Assembly: GCA_964016885.1 (NCBI GenBank)
Contig: OZ024743.1
Location: 39,928,001-39,992,000, forward strand
DNA from: Eledone cirrhosa
Lineage: Eukaryota
Length of the DNA: 64,000 nucleotides
Reading direction: 5' to 3'
Part shown: piece after piece, positions 12,262 through 27,644 of the stretch
Layout of the letters: each line of letters begins with the position of its first letter
Numbering within the stretch: position 1 is the stretch's first letter
Translations under genes and position numbers: made by a program
The notes under the pieces: generated by a model
The model's input: only the letters and a program-made list of their open reading frames with translations
Databases searched by the model: none
Told to the model about the DNA's origin: nothing

Positions 12262-15200
12262 CTTTCTTTACCACAACAGTTTACATAAAGTAGACATTAA
12301 GGACAGTACAGAAAAATACAGGACGGAACAAATGGGCATTTCTGCGTGTAAAAAAAACAGAGGATGTAATAAAAAATAACAATGAAAAATTATCCAATAG
12401 GGGGGAGACTTCCGAGGGACATTTGTGGAGAAAGCCCATTAAAAGGTCACAGTGACCCTGGCCACCAGGGCAAGTGCCCTCTCCCAGTTTTCCACCTTTA
12501 ATTTACAGACACATACTCAGAGTAGGCCCATTCACTCGGGCCATACTTGCTTCTCTCACCCACCTACAACAAAATGCTGGGAAGAGAGCACTTCCCTCTC
12601 TACCCTGATTTTCCTTTTCAAATGAAATTTGAAAAAGTTAATCAGGGCATCACCGAAGAGGTAAGTGCTCGTCTTCAGCCCTTTCAAACGTGTCCACCAT
12701 ACTATATCTTTCGCCATGGCCACCAGACAGATAAAAATTGGCTGCCCTTCCCGACTAAAGGTAGAGGGTGGGGCAATCCTCACGATGGACTCAGCTGATA
12801 GCTGGATCCGTCCTACACGTGACAGCAGGTGTTCGACATAAACCCACAAGTCAGCGATGCTCGGACAAAGGACGAGTGCGTGCAGGACGGTTTCGTCGCC
12901 CTGCGCGCATCTCCGACATGCCCGGCTGACGGCACCTCCATGCCTGGGGAGTTTATCCCGAACTGGCAAAGCTCCTCGGTAGCACTGCCTGGCCAGGGAT
13001 TTCTGGAAGTTGTCCATAGTCCCGGCACGAAAGTCCTTCCGAAGAGATTGGCTAGTTGATCTTCGTCGACGCCTAGAGTTTCTCCAAGTACGTCTTCGCT
13101 CTTCCCCTCCACTAATCCTCTATAGAACGCCAAGATGGAGTTTCCACCGATCACATTTCCGGATTGGTCGAGGGCTGTGAGCGCGATGAAGACATTCCAG
13201 TCTCCAAGCGCTTCCTCTCGGTCTTCGCCTGACCCAGGACTGCAGCTCCGTCAAGGAGACGAGCTGGAGAAAGACGAGTCTAGCAAACGGCAACCACACC
13301 TGATCACCGTCGAGGAAGAGGTGGAGATGTCGTAGCCTGAGCGCGTGTCTGCGCATCATCACGGCATTCCCAGCCCTCCACGTAGCGGGTGTTGACAACA
13401 GATGGACCGCCTGACCACCGGAGCGCGTCCCTTCCATAAAAAGCGAAAGAGCAAACGCTCCAGCGCAGTCAGACGGGGCTTAGGATAAGGTACGACGGTC
13501 AGGTGATAGTAGATGACGGACGCGATGTACGCGTTAGCCACCTCCGCTCGACCTTTCAGGTATAGCTTTCTCTCAGCCCATTTCTGGGTGAGAGAAGCCA
13601 CCCTGCTCGTCACCTCGTCCCAGTTTTTGTCCGTCTGGGGTTCGGGACTGAACCAGACCCCTAGCAATTTAACCGGTCCGTCCGTCCAGCGCCCGACGAC
13701 GCTGTTGGACGGCATGGACCTGCCTCTTCAGGTGCCGAGCTGCAGGCCCACTGACTTTTCCTGGATGATCATTGCTCCTGTCACCGCTTCGTATTCTCTT
13801 ATTGTAGTGCCGATCGCCTCGATGTATTTGGCGTTCGACACCACTACGGTGACATCGTCCGCATATGCTGACACGGATCATCTGCATCCTAGCTCGCGCG
13901 GGATGCTCCTCAACGTCTCCAGTTTGTGCAGTAATGTCTCGAGAGTCAATACGTACAATAGGGACGAGAGGGGACTCCTTGGCGGACCGAGCGCATGATG
14001 TTGAACGGTTCCGAAAGGTGACCGTTCACTCTCACCGCGGAGCAGATGTCGCTGTGCATGACATCGATCCTGCCTCTGAGACGGGCCCAAAGCCAGCCGC
14101 CCTCAGGACTTCCGCTAGGTAACAATGGTGGACCCTATCGAAAGCTTTCGACTGATCTAAATTGATCAAGGACCCACCCGTGCCAGGTTCCCTAGCTACC
14201 CTCTCTCCGATGTATCGCATGAGGTGGAGGTTGTCGTGGATGGATCTGTCGGGAATGGCGCATGTCTGCGCCTCTCCCACCAGACCACCTACGACAAGCG
14301 CCAACCCCTTTGCTGGCACCTTGGCCAAAATCTTGAACTCTGTGTTTAGCAGTGTTATGTGCCTGAAATTATCTATGTTATTCCCCTTGTTCGAATCCTT
14401 TCTCAGCAGTGCCACCACTCCCCGGCTCACAGAGCTGGGAACTCTCCCGTTCAATTGCCAGTTGCAGTAGACGTCCGCCAAGAGGCCTCCGAACAAGTCT
14501 GGCATTTGTACGTAAAGTTCATTGGGCAGACCATCCAAACCAGGCGATGTACCCCTTGTGCAGCCAGTCATTGCCTCAGGTACTTCAGCGGCTGTTATCG
14601 GCTTTTCGCAACACTCCGCCTCAGTGGCCGAGAGCAGCGGGAGTCCGTCGAGGTAGACACTAAAGTTCATCCCTCGATCCGGCCCGCCGCTGCCCCCGAA
14701 CAGCTGTGCGAAGTGTCGCTGAAAAGCTTCACACATTTGCCCGGGATGGAGTAGCGTGCGCCCGTCGTGGTTCACCAAAGGCCAGATCGTGGCTTTGATT
14801 CCACGACGGGCCTCCGTCACTCGGGCACATTGAACGGCTTTCGCCCCTCGTGTCTGAGAGCACGCACCCTAGCTCTGACAACTCAGCCTTCGTGCTTTGC
14901 ATTGAAGAATTGGTCAAGGGCCAATTTCGCCGCAAGTACGTCGGTCGCGACGCCTTTGCTAAGCGTCTCGTCTAATTTTCTAACTAATTCTCCCTCTGCT
15001 CTATTTTTCTCTATTGCTAAAGCCTTACTAAACGTAATGGACTCTATTCTAATTGCTCTTTTCAGAGCAAACCACCACTTGTTGTTGACGATGTCCCCCG
15101 TCACCGCTCGCTTAACTAGTTCGCTAATCCGGTCTCTGTAGGCCTTGCGCGCTGGTAAGGACGCGTTTAGCTTCCAGTAGCCGGGTCCTCGTTTATGAAG

Positions 15201-18057
15201 CCTATCTAAGTCAAGCACACAGATCACGAATTTGTGGTCCGTGTAGCTGACTATCTTGAATTGTGGACAGCCTATGCTAGACCTATCTATTTCCCTACAA
15301 AATACTCTATCTAGATATGATACGGATGACCCTATTCGATTTGTCCAAGTCCACATTGGCACATTCGGGAAATCCAATCGGTACCTGTCAGACAGTTCAA
15401 AACGCCTGAGCAGGTTGGTGAGGCTCTTGCACCCTCCACCCCTATCCGCTAATCCCACACAGTCCCAGCGTGCATCTAAGATCCCGTTCCAGTCGCCCAC
15501 TAACACTAAAGAGCGAGACGTTCCAAGAAAGGTCTCCAGACGCCGAAAGAAATCAGGCTGCCCTGCTCCTGTCGGGGCGTAGACGGCCACTAGACTGAAA
15601 GCTTGCCCGTCTCCGCTGGTCACGTCCAGCACCACCAGCTTATCCTCTGGGTCCAGGAAGATGGCCCGTATGGCGAGATCCAAACCTCTCCGAAAAAGCA
15701 CAGCAACTCCTCCCCCGATCCAGCACGGCTGGGAGATGCGTACACATCGTAGATCGGTGCGAAGGCCCGTGCTCCGGAGATTCTGGTCTCGCTGATGGCC
15801 ACTACATCTATGTTTAGTGACCTGATGTCGTTGAGCAGGTGGCCCTACTTCCATGACGACCCCAAGCCACGCGCATTTATGCTGCCTCTTCTGAGTGAGG
15901 TCATGTTGAAATGGAGTGGAAAAGATGAGAAATACCACTTACCTTAATTCTCGTAGAGGAAGGACGGTTTCTCTATCCTTTTCAATGCTTGTGGCCTCCT
16001 CAGGAAGGATGTCCTTATAAATCCACCTGGAGAGTGCTTGTCGGAATTCTCCGATGTCTTTGGGGAATTTTTGTTTTAGTGTCATGTACGTTTTCTGTGT
16101 GATTAGAGTGATTTGTATATGTGGAGGGTGTGTGAACTTTTGGGTATTTGTGTAATATTTTTCTGTGATGCTGGTGTTGTGTTGGATGTAATGTAATAAT
16201 TGGTTGTTGTTCAAATTTAATGCTGTGTAGTGTGTATCGTTTTGGTTGTTTTGTTTTGTTTGCGTTTGTTGTGGCTTTGTTTCTGTTTCGCATTTTGGTG
16301 ACTTTTGTGGTGAAGGTGATGGTGGTGTTGGGGTTAATGATGGTGATGGTGTTGGTGTTTGGGGTGATGGGGTTGGTGATGCTGGTGTGGATGGTGGCAT
16401 GTCTGTCCTAACTTTTTTGTTTGATTGTTTATTTGTTTTCCCTCTGTATTTTGTTTTTGGATGGGTAAGGTTTCTTTTTTTAATTTTTCCTGATACCGTT
16501 TCCCACTCCTCGTCGTCACAATATGTCTCCAGTTGTGATAGGCCGGGGAGTGGAAAATCCTCCACAGGCGTTAGTTTTGGTTGTGGCGTGGTGGATGGTG
16601 TAGGCGCTGGTGCTAGTTCTGGCGCGTTGGGTGGTGGTCGTGTTGGTTTTGCTACTGTTGCTGGGGTTGTTGCAGTTACAGTTGCTTCTGTTGTTGCTGC
16701 TACATTTGTTGCTGCCATCTCTGCTGCTGGTGGTGTTCATGGTTGAGTCGCTGGGGTGGGTAGGAGAGGTGGCCTCATCCTTTTAGCCTGAGGGCAGAAA
16801 GGACTTAGGTGGGTTCTTTCACCACAAACGACACACCTACGCCTTCAGCCCTCGACAATTACGGTGAGGTGGCCGCCGTAAGTGAGGTCTATTACCTCTG
16901 GGATTTCCTCAATGCTATTTTGGTCCGCTTGGATCATGAGCTCCATCCCAGATCCAACCAGGTCTCCTGGTTTTCTTTCACTATTTCGATTATCTTGGTG
17001 TTGGCCTCGATGCCGGCGAGGACGGCAGCTAGTAGCCAGGGAATTTCGATGGCGGGTGGAACGTGGGTCACCCTGATCTTCACGAGCCTCTGGCCACAAT
17101 AGCTTGGGACGAGTGCGAAGTCGTCACTTCTTAATGGGTCCATGGAGTGTTCTCTGGCCTCCTGTCGTGTTCCAAAGAATTCGTCCACGTTGCCATATTT
17201 CTGCCCATATCTGATGTCGTTTTTTTTTGCCCACATATGTCCCAAAGCTTTTTGGATTTGGGACTCGGATGCCCGCTCCACTCGGCGCGATTTTATGTTA
17301 ATCGTCCGATAAGACACGGTGCATAGGCGCCGATGCTCCATTTTATTAGGCGTGGGGATGGGTTTGGGGGGTACCCATCCTTCTTTACAATTCATTTGGG
17401 TTCTTCTAATTGCTCCTGATTTACCTGGATTGCTTCGCACTTTCTTGCTACTCTGGCAAAAGACAGGGTGGTTTTCTTATTCTAATTGTTGTTGTTGCTC
17501 TTGTTGTTATCGTTATTTTGGTTATTGTTAATTTTAGTTTCCGTTGTGGTTGTGGTGACGTCAGTGGTGTTCGTTGTAGAAGAGTTCATTTTCGGTGATT
17601 CCATTTCGATCTCACGAGATCATTTCTTTCTTTCTTTTGTTTCTATTGTCACTGTGGTGGTGGTAGGGTGGCGGCTTCAAGACCTGCAGTAATTGGTAAT
17701 GGCGGGAAATGAATGTCTGCATGAGACAAATTTAAAATATTGCTACGCTTATATTTTTAGTGTTGGCAAACGTAGTAATATTTAGAATGGTGGTGTCGGT
17801 GTGAGGTGTTAGTTTGTGAGGAAGGTGTGACAGTGAGTCGTCCATGATTTTTGAAGAAAATGTTTGTTTGATAATTATAACAGTTTAAATTTTGGGCTCA
17901 AAGCCCCAATCGTTTTGAGTCTCCTTTTCAGAAAACAATGTATGTGCACTTATATACAGTTAACAATAACAATTTTCCATAAATGGCAATTTTAAACAAC
18001 TGAAAATAACAAACCTTTGCGGAGATCACGATAATACGATTTACTACGTAGGTAGCC
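12261..18057 (-). mobile_element. Full-length Tx1 LINE, copy C, defective
   Basis: Colinear with copy B end to end; ORF2 ~12503-15904 and ORF1 ~15939-17700, both frameshifted; 5' end ...ggtagcc|aataat. Confidence 0.92.

Positions 18058-18088
<31 letters not shown>
18058..18088. repeat. (AAT)n microsatellite at Tx1 copy C 5' end
   Basis: AAT run with one interruption. Confidence 0.9.
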
Positions 18089-18099
18089 GCCATCAAGAT

Positions 18100-19518
18100 T
18101 TCCGAGAATGAAATAAACACAGACATTACCATAAGTATCGCTGATGAGAATTACGAAGTGGACATGATACCAAACTGGAGTACTCCAAATCCAAATGAGA
18201 TCCATATATTTTGGCTGAAGAGATGCATAGAGCTTCATAAAAGACTGGCAACTCAACCAAATGGATGAGACGTAGTATTCTGTCGTAGTAAGAATTATGT
18301 TCCACCACCCTCTCCGGCATCCCGCTTTCCACTAACAGGGTCTTCTGGTAAGCTTCCCACATCGTTTTAAAATAGAGCAGCACGCCTCAATCCATGACTG
18401 CCGCATACCAAATTGTATTTTGTTAGCTTGTAGTGTATCTGCCACACAATCCCATCGAACGGCTCCTCTTTCCTCGAACATTCCACGTGCATTATCTCTG
18501 ACAATGCCATCAATGTGTTCCGTATTGAAGAAATGTATAATGTCATTCTCGTAGCAAGTACGTCAGATGCAATGACCCTCCTAATTGCACATTCTTGATT
18601 AGCTGTTAACTCCACATGCGCTCCTTTGTTTTCCTATAGCCAATTATTTATTGAAATGTGTTGATGCTTATCTAATTGTTTATTGACATACTGTTCATTC
18701 TTGAAACTGTCAACTGTCATTTAGCTAAAGTTCTAATCTGGTTTCTGTAGATTCTAGGCACCAAGAACGATGTGAGAAGCACTAGGTGACTGTGAAGGTG
18801 TTCTATAAATACAGATCAGAAAATTGTGGTTCGATTATGCGACCGTTTGGAGTTGTGGATATACTAGCTAATCCCTATCTGCTATCCTAACCAAACGGTC
18901 TGTCTAAATACGATCTATGCTTTTCGCATTGCTGCTGCTAATCAGTCTGCCGTTATTGTTGTTGTATTTAGGTCTTGGAGTTGTTGATAGTGGCACCCTA
19001 GTGTTGACTGTATACCAAGATAGAAATAGTTATACAGTATTGCCTTTGAAACGTTCTCTAATTTCAGTGAAACATTTTACTCAGACGCTTATATTTTCCA
19101 CAAAATACTATATTCTACTAGTTCTCACATCTGTCCTGGCCTATGGTACAAAAGTTGTATTTGAACAAATTTCAATAATAATTCAATATGTTGGTATGTC
19201 ATCGAATGATATTAGAAGTTGTGTCGTAGAAAGGGAGAATAGATATACTATAGTATCAGAAATACAATCACACTAGTGTGCGTACATACAAACAGGACAA
19301 AGCTACAGCTTGGCTGTGGACGTATCATGGCTGAATCATAGTGTTCCGTGTTCGAACCCATAGCTTCAAGTAGTCCCAACCTGTCTAACCCCGTTTGTTA
19401 GACAGGTTCTATTTCCAAGTCAGAGTGTACATGTAATTCAAAGACCCAGACTTATCCCACAGTGTCCAGCTGAATCCCCCTCAGTATTATATTATGGTGT
19501 GCATGTGCCTGTGTAACA
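18100..19518 (-). mobile_element. Possible decayed LTR-retrotransposon 5' part (LTR ~18771-19518, PBS-like motif, gag-like remnant)
   Basis: Segment bounded by TGT...ACA, then TGGTGCC (18763-18757) on the minus strand and broken ORFs 18126-18615; no diagnostic protein motif. Confidence 0.3.
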
Positions 19519-21372
19519 CCCAGGTTAATTCCCTATGCAAGCTCTTGTATTAATCAAAGAAACGGACCACTCATAATCGAAAACAATGGAAGTCAATTTA
19601 ATTTAATTTTACATTCAGTATCTGTCGGAGCAACAGAATACAATCATTTGCACATATTCGGGATATTTTAACCACCTGTATTCTTTTTCTTTTTTTGTTT
19701 TCTAGTTTTGTTGAATCTGGATATTCATTTCAGTACTTACAACCACTTCATATTTTCCTATTTACTATAATCATTCAAAGTCATTAGAGTGCAATTTCAG
19801 GAAATCTGACTGTCTTTTCTTGTTGATCAAGTGACCGTATAACGACATTTATTGGCTCCTGGGGCTTTGAAGTTTTCCATTTAATTTTCATATACATTAT
19901 TGGAACCTATGTGTCTCTAGGCTTTGCAATCTCCTACCAGTAATATACAAAAAGTACTGTTATCCCTTCTTGTCACAAGCAACGACTGATACTTACATAA
20001 TTCTGCTTAGTGTATATATCACTTGTATGAGACAATGCAGACGGTGAGTCTATAACCGTATTTTCCATATGAATGATGGTGGAATTGTGGCTGTTTAATG
20101 TAAAATATAGAACATTTGGTGGACATCATAGGTCAGAGGGTTAGTAGAGAGTCATACGCATATTTCATTGACTAAATTATACTGCTGACAGTGAGGTTGT
20201 ATCAGATCAGGTGGGAGTTATAAAGAGATTTTGCAGACATGAACTTTAGAAAACTTTCTTAAACATGGAATCTCAAAATAGAACCATAAAATTACACAGA
20301 GAAATATTTTCAGAACAAACTGTCTAGTATGACAGACATCTTCACATACGAGACATTTATGTCAATAATTCTAGATCTTTATGGGATGCATGTATATAGG
20401 CTTCGCAGCTGTGATTTTAGCTCCATTTTATATATCTACAGTTAACTACCGTAGTACGGTTGATATGTGTCTGAACATTTGAACACAGGACGCTGAAAGA
20501 CACAAAGAAAAGCTCCCTGAAATAATAGTTTAAACATCTCATGATTATTTTTCGCTTAAATGAACGAAATATTGTTTCTAACTTGTTAAATGATTCAGCG
20601 CCAAGGGATCTTTGTACCAGAACGTTCGGCACCCAAGTATGTTTATCAATGGCAATCATACAGATTAATATTTTACGCAGATACATTCTTACAAATACGG
20701 AAAACTACATATAAGTAAATAGGCTAAAATGAAAATATATTTCTATTTTGAATGTGAAATTGATTATCGGAACTTTCATGTGTGCAGTCATTAAATAACG
20801 GTAAAAAAGTTGGTTTTACAACTAAGATTTATGAGGTTTGAACATATTTCGAGACACACGGTGGGGGCTTCGATCTACATCCCGTTAGTGAAATTGGGAA
20901 GAAGGTATAGGTTTCTAAATAGATATGCACTTAGGGAACTTAGGTAACTTGCTGTAATTTGGCATCTAAATATTTAAATATATGACAATCCTTTCTAAAC
21001 TGTCTTTTGTTAAAGTTTATCAATATATCTACACACACAACTATTTCACTCGAAATTTCCCTCGGATAAGAAAGTTTATAAACGAACGAAAGATAGCGTT
21101 TCTTTTTTATATATCTTATATCAGTTTTCCTGTGATATTGTAGTCGTTGCATGTTAAGAAACACACTTCTATCCAATACCACCCATACTAAAGGACAATG
21201 TTTTTTTCTCTAAAAAAATGATGATTTTGATATTTGTAATTAAATAGCGTCTTAAAATATATAGTTCTGAATGTTCAATATCATACAAGTCTGTGAATCT
21301 AGTTGAAATAACACAAACTTCTGTTCACTGTTTCCGGCGGCTCCAAGCAAATTTACTCTATTTTATAAGCCA

Positions 21373-22266
21373 CTAGCAGTGGTACCAGGCGTTGCACGGG
21401 ATAATGTATTTTGGAACGCGGACCGCCAACAGACCAAATCGTGGAAAAACTGCATGCCTGGACAATATGTAAAGAAAATAAACCAAATACTCTGATGGCT
21501 GGATAATCTTTAAGATTTTCCTCGATGGAGCAGGAAAAATGCAGTTTTTCACCTAATGTGGGCCCTAGGGGATCAAGAACATTTTTTTTTTATGTGCATA
21601 ATATGCTTTGAAATTTCGGGAAAATCGGCTAGACGGAACGCCTCCAAAAAGCCCTGAAAAGTTGAAAAAAATGAAGTTTTTCACCTAATGCGGGCCCTAG
21701 GCCATAAACAAGTTGGATTTTCTTTGCTCACGGTATGAAGAAGAGACTGACTAATACATAGTTACCATTTCAAGGAAATCGGTCTGACGTAACGCATTAA
21801 AAATCCCTAAAAAGCTTAAAAAACGCAATGTTGAATATTTTTATGTGCATATTACTCCCTGAAACATAAGTAATACACATGTAAAGTTTGAAAAAAATCA
21901 GTTGGGTACTTCTCGAGTTTTAGGGATTCAAACTCACACACACACACACAGACAGACATCCTCAGGGAAGTGACGTCAGGCAGACACAGACATACAGACA
22001 GATATTATAAGGGCGCGACGTTATATGTATGTATCTATCTAAAAAGAGAAAGACTAAGAATTATAGTGAGAGAACGCTAAATCGCCTAATGCAGTCCCTA
22101 GGGCATTGAAAATTTGAAGTATTTTTTTGCTCAGAACACCCGCTGAAACATAAGTATTACATGTGTAAAGTTTGAAAACAGTCGCTTGGATGGTTCTCGA
22201 GTTTTAGTGATTGAAACTCACATACACACAGACACACACAGACATTCTCAGTTTTATATATATAGA
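21373..22266 (-). mobile_element. Non-autonomous Helitron-like element
   Basis: Minus strand starts TCTATATATATAAAA, has (TG/TCTG)n runs and internal ~130-bp subrepeats, and ends with a GC-rich hairpin (cccgtgcaacgcctgg), 8 nt, then CTAG|T. Confidence 0.75.
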
Positions 22267-22304
22267 CTAGCAGAATACCACCCGGTGGGGCGGTTTTCTG
22301 CTGG

Positions 22305-22580
22305 TCTATATATCTAAAACAGAGAATGTCTGTCTGTCAGCTCATTAAAACTTGAGAACCATCTAACCGATTGTTTTCAAACTTTAGACATGTAATACTT
22401 ATGGTCCTGTGAGTGTTTTGAGCAAACATTATCTCAAATGTTCAATGCCCCAGGGACCGCATTAGGCGATTTAGCGTTCTCTCTATATAATTCTTAGTCT
22501 TTCTTTTTAGATAGATACATAGATATAACGTTGCGCCCTTATAATATATGTCTGTATGTCTGGCTGTCTGCATTACGTCA
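22305..22580 (+). mobile_element. Second Helitron-like copy (5' part), inverted relative to 21970-22266
   Basis: Starts TCTATATATCTAAAACAGAGAATGTCTGTCTG and is the diverged reverse complement of the left copy. Confidence 0.75.
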
Positions 22581-24020
22581 TTATGACGCGCTCAGCGCGA
22601 TTCCCTCGGCCTCAGTGACCAAAGTCAGTGGAGAGGGGAAGTTAATGTTTCTGTAGCACGTGTTTTAGCGTCTATTCACTCTCTCTCTCTCCCTCTCTCC
22701 CTCCCGCTATCCCCCTCTCGTAGTCTGTCTCTTTCTTTCACTCTCACTCTCTTTCTACGCACGTGTTTCCACTGTCGGACAGACACACAGAGAAATTGCT
22801 GGTTATATATATAAGTAGATTATTTGTAGTGATCGGTTATTACCATAGCCATTTGTGTTATGTGTGGTATATATTTCAAATATTAAATATTCCCATTGAT
22901 TCTTAGGTCAATAGATTTGTTTAAAATAATTACTATGTATGTAATTACATTGTAATGAAACAAAAATTGAAGTAACATGTTTATCAGTTACATACGTTTA
23001 TTGAGAATGGGTTGTATTTAGCACAAGGAAAATATTCATAATACTCTGCTGGTTTTTCTTTTTTATTAACTTAGTGAACCATGGTGTCAACAACGACTGC
23101 AATAACCTTAAAAGTGCATAGTTTGTCGTTTCTAAGATGTGTATGCCATATACACCGGGATTATATTATCTATTAACAATCATACGAACTGAGAAAATTG
23201 TTTGCATAAATAATGATATGCAAAAGAATACCCTATCCTTTATGTAATTACTGACTTGTGGCATGTAGTAATGACAATAGTGGATTTTAATAATTTTGTT
23301 CTCGGATATAATTATATAAATATTCAGCTCATATACTCTCATGATAAACTGACTTAAATGTGTGAGTAACTATTTACATGCAAAAATGTAGAATTAGAAT
23401 CCAGCTCCTTGTGATTGGATAGCAAATATTTTATAGCAGCAATATGACTGAGAAAGGTGATACAAAGTGTGATTTAGCACATAACTATATTTGTGTGTCG
23501 ATTGCAGAATGGGTGGCAGTTATTCTCAAATCTAAAAGATGGCCTAATTGTTTTCTAAATGATAGCTCCACTAAACATCCTACTTTTCAATAGCTTAACG
23601 GATTAATGCTAACCATGTAATCACATGATTTGAACTCAATACGGTGAGATCCAGAATAAATACCGTAAGATATCCACTTTAAAGATTCCACCTGTCTACT
23701 ACCCTATGCTACTAATTTCTTTTACGATAGCGGTAGAAATAATAGGACCCACCTTCGTATTCTAGAAAAACTAGGGAAATCTGGTAGATAATAATGTATG
23801 TGATTAAGTGTCATATTTATTACAAACATTTCAATTTTTGTTCCAAGGTGATACCGTATAGGCTTATCGAATCTTTATGTAATATCTCTGGTATATGTTT
23901 GACAAAGAAATATACCATTGTATTTGACAAGATGTGACATAAGTTGCAACAAGCAAAAGGTTTATAACACTAATTATCTAATATTTTCAAATTCTATCAT
24001 TTGAAAATCTGGAACTATGC

Positions 24021-24297
<277 letters not shown>

Positions 24298-24882
24298 AAT
24301 AAAATATCAATTGATATACGAATGAAGCCACGACGAAACATCATTGGTTGAAATCTAATTAACTTTATTATACTGTTGATTTTTGTATGCAGAGAAACTT
24401 TAACAAAACTGAAAGTATATAACAATTTAGATTGTCTGTATTTTTGTAAGGAGTAAATTTGTCTATAAAATAATGGTACGATATTTTATGTATTTATTTG
24501 TAATCTTATTTGCTATTTTTTCCTTATTTTTCAACAATTCTTCTTCAGGAATCCAATTATTCATTCTGTATTCTCAGAATTATTTCTCTGTCTTTCTCTC
24601 TAAGAATGATAAACACCATTTTCGGAAGTGAACAACAACAAAATTGAAAATGATTAAAAAATGAGAAATATAAAAAAAAAACACCAAAAGCAGTGCAATA
24701 CATTTCCCATGCATTCAATAAATTCTTCATTCGCTTTTGTACTGAAAATTGAAGTATAAGCGAGATAAGAAAAAAATACTATACAAATGAACCTATATAT
24801 TTCAATATACATGTATGTGTATATATGTATATATATATTTATACATACATACATATATATATGTATTTGTATTTAAATATAC

Positions 24883-24924
<42 letters not shown>

Positions 24925-25127
24925 GTATATAATTTTCTCTTATTTTATGGGGTATTGCTGCTTTATTTTCATCTGAATTTCTTTATCATCTGTAATTTAT
25001 TGATGGAGCTGAAACAAAGCAATTTATATTAATTCTATACTTATTTAATTTTGTTCTTTATGGGGGTTATATTTTTTTCCTCTATTACTTTTACCGTTTC
25101 TACGTTGATGTACATACACATACCCCC

Positions 25128-25355
<228 letters not shown>

Positions 25356-26067
25356 AATGTTTAAATAAAAAAAATGAAAGAAGAGCAAACGCAAATTACG
25401 CAAACCAATCGAAATTGAAAATATTTAGCTACTTAAGAATACAATAGATCTGTGTGTTACTTATGTGTATGTATTTGACATATAGGAGAAACCGGTGTGA
25501 GTAAAAGTTCATATGAATACATCTATTGCTTTCTTTACCATTTGAAAGATTGTGGGTGACAGAGAAAATAAGCTATCGAAGCTCTAATTTTATACATGGA
25601 TTAAACTATGACTGCTTCATGTTCTATACATTTAGTAATTGATTTTGCAGTGAAATTCTTCTCGTCAGGGTCGAGTACAACAATATCATGTTGTTTAATA
25701 TGATCTATGCTTTGTTTTCGTAGGATGTTTTGTAGAATTGACAAGGTTACGTAATACTTTAATAATACTTTTGAAACATTTTTGGTGTATAAATATATAC
25801 GCTAAATTACGAAATATTTAGGTGGCATCACGCAATGCCGTCATATCAAAGCGAGGTTTCCTGAGCACCATTCGAAAGTAATTTACCCTTGTAGTACACA
25901 TTATTCATAGGAAATCACCATGAAACTCCTTATGATTCGTTAAGAATGAAACAATTCTAGTCGCGAAGAGATCATTTCTTTTATGAAAGATTGCTATAAG
26001 TTACTAAAGTATTGAGTAACATTTTAAACTGTAGTCACTTCCTGATATACATCGGTAATCCACCAAT

Positions 26068-26560
<493 letters not shown>

Positions 26561-26611
26561 ATTAGTGTCGGATATTTTAAAATAAGCCGTTGAGGTATGA
26601 AGAGAGGGAAA

Positions 26612-26733
26612 GAGAAAAAAGAAAAAAGAAAAAAAAAAAAAGAAAAAAGAAAAAAGAAAAAAGAAAAAAGAAAAAAGAAAAAAGAAAAAAAGAAAAAAGA
26701 AAAAAGAAAAAAGAAAAAAGAAAAAAAGAAAAA
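26612..26733. repeat. (GAAAAAA)n heptamer tandem repeat
   Basis: Direct reading. Confidence 0.9.
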
Positions 26734-27601
26734 ACAGCTTTAAGAGGAAAATAAGAAAACGAGAAAAAGAGAAAGAGAGAAAGAGAAGAAAAAAGAAAAG
26801 AGAAAAAGCGAAAGCGAAGGAGACAAAGAAAGCGCTAAGTGATAGATTGTTGTATTAGCATAAATTTTGGGATGAAGTGAACAAATAAATATTTTTGGAT
26901 GAGTAAAGAAATAAGTAAATAAGCGTGAATGGGAAATACTCGTGAATGGAAAATGAATTTTAACCAGTGTTTAAATATGATTAAATGTTTAGTTTATCAA
27001 TTAAATTATCTATCAAATTAATGAGATATATACATTAAAAGTTGAGATCTATATATTATTAAAAATCTATATATTATTAAAACCCATATATTATTAAAAG
27101 GATATATCCATATATATACGTACGCACACATACATACACATACATATAAATATATATATATATATATATATACCTACACATACCATACACATAGATAAAG
27201 GTCTTTTTATGTATAACATATAGGAATTTTCTTAAACTTATATATTTTTCTGAGAAACCAGAGAAAAAACCCTGAGAAAAAACATGTCTATGTAATAGCA
27301 AAACAGCGTGAAGGAAATTAAGTTATTTACCTATATTAAATGTTATAAATGTCAAGATAACAAAGGAAATTTAAGATTATAGAAACCTTATGTTATAAAA
27401 CAAACCTTATATTATAAATTTTATATTTAGTAAATCTACCTGTTATGTAGTTGTGACTGTTATTATATAAGTTTGTTTATCACGAACCTTAAGGAAACCC
27501 TTATAATCTAGTGCATTTGAATTGTATGCATATATATATATACACACAACTCACAAATATATACACATAGACATAGATATACATACAGGTAGATACGCAT
27601 C

Positions 27602-27644
<43 letters not shown>

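Noticed and set aside
3786-17692. Plus-strand ORFs over the Tx1 copies
   Set aside because: Antisense shadows of GC-rich retrotransposon coding sequence.
18142-18165. CTGATGA...GAAG hammerhead-like string; orphan CTGATGA also near 30082 and 34760
   Set aside because: No intact GAAA core or matching stems I and III.
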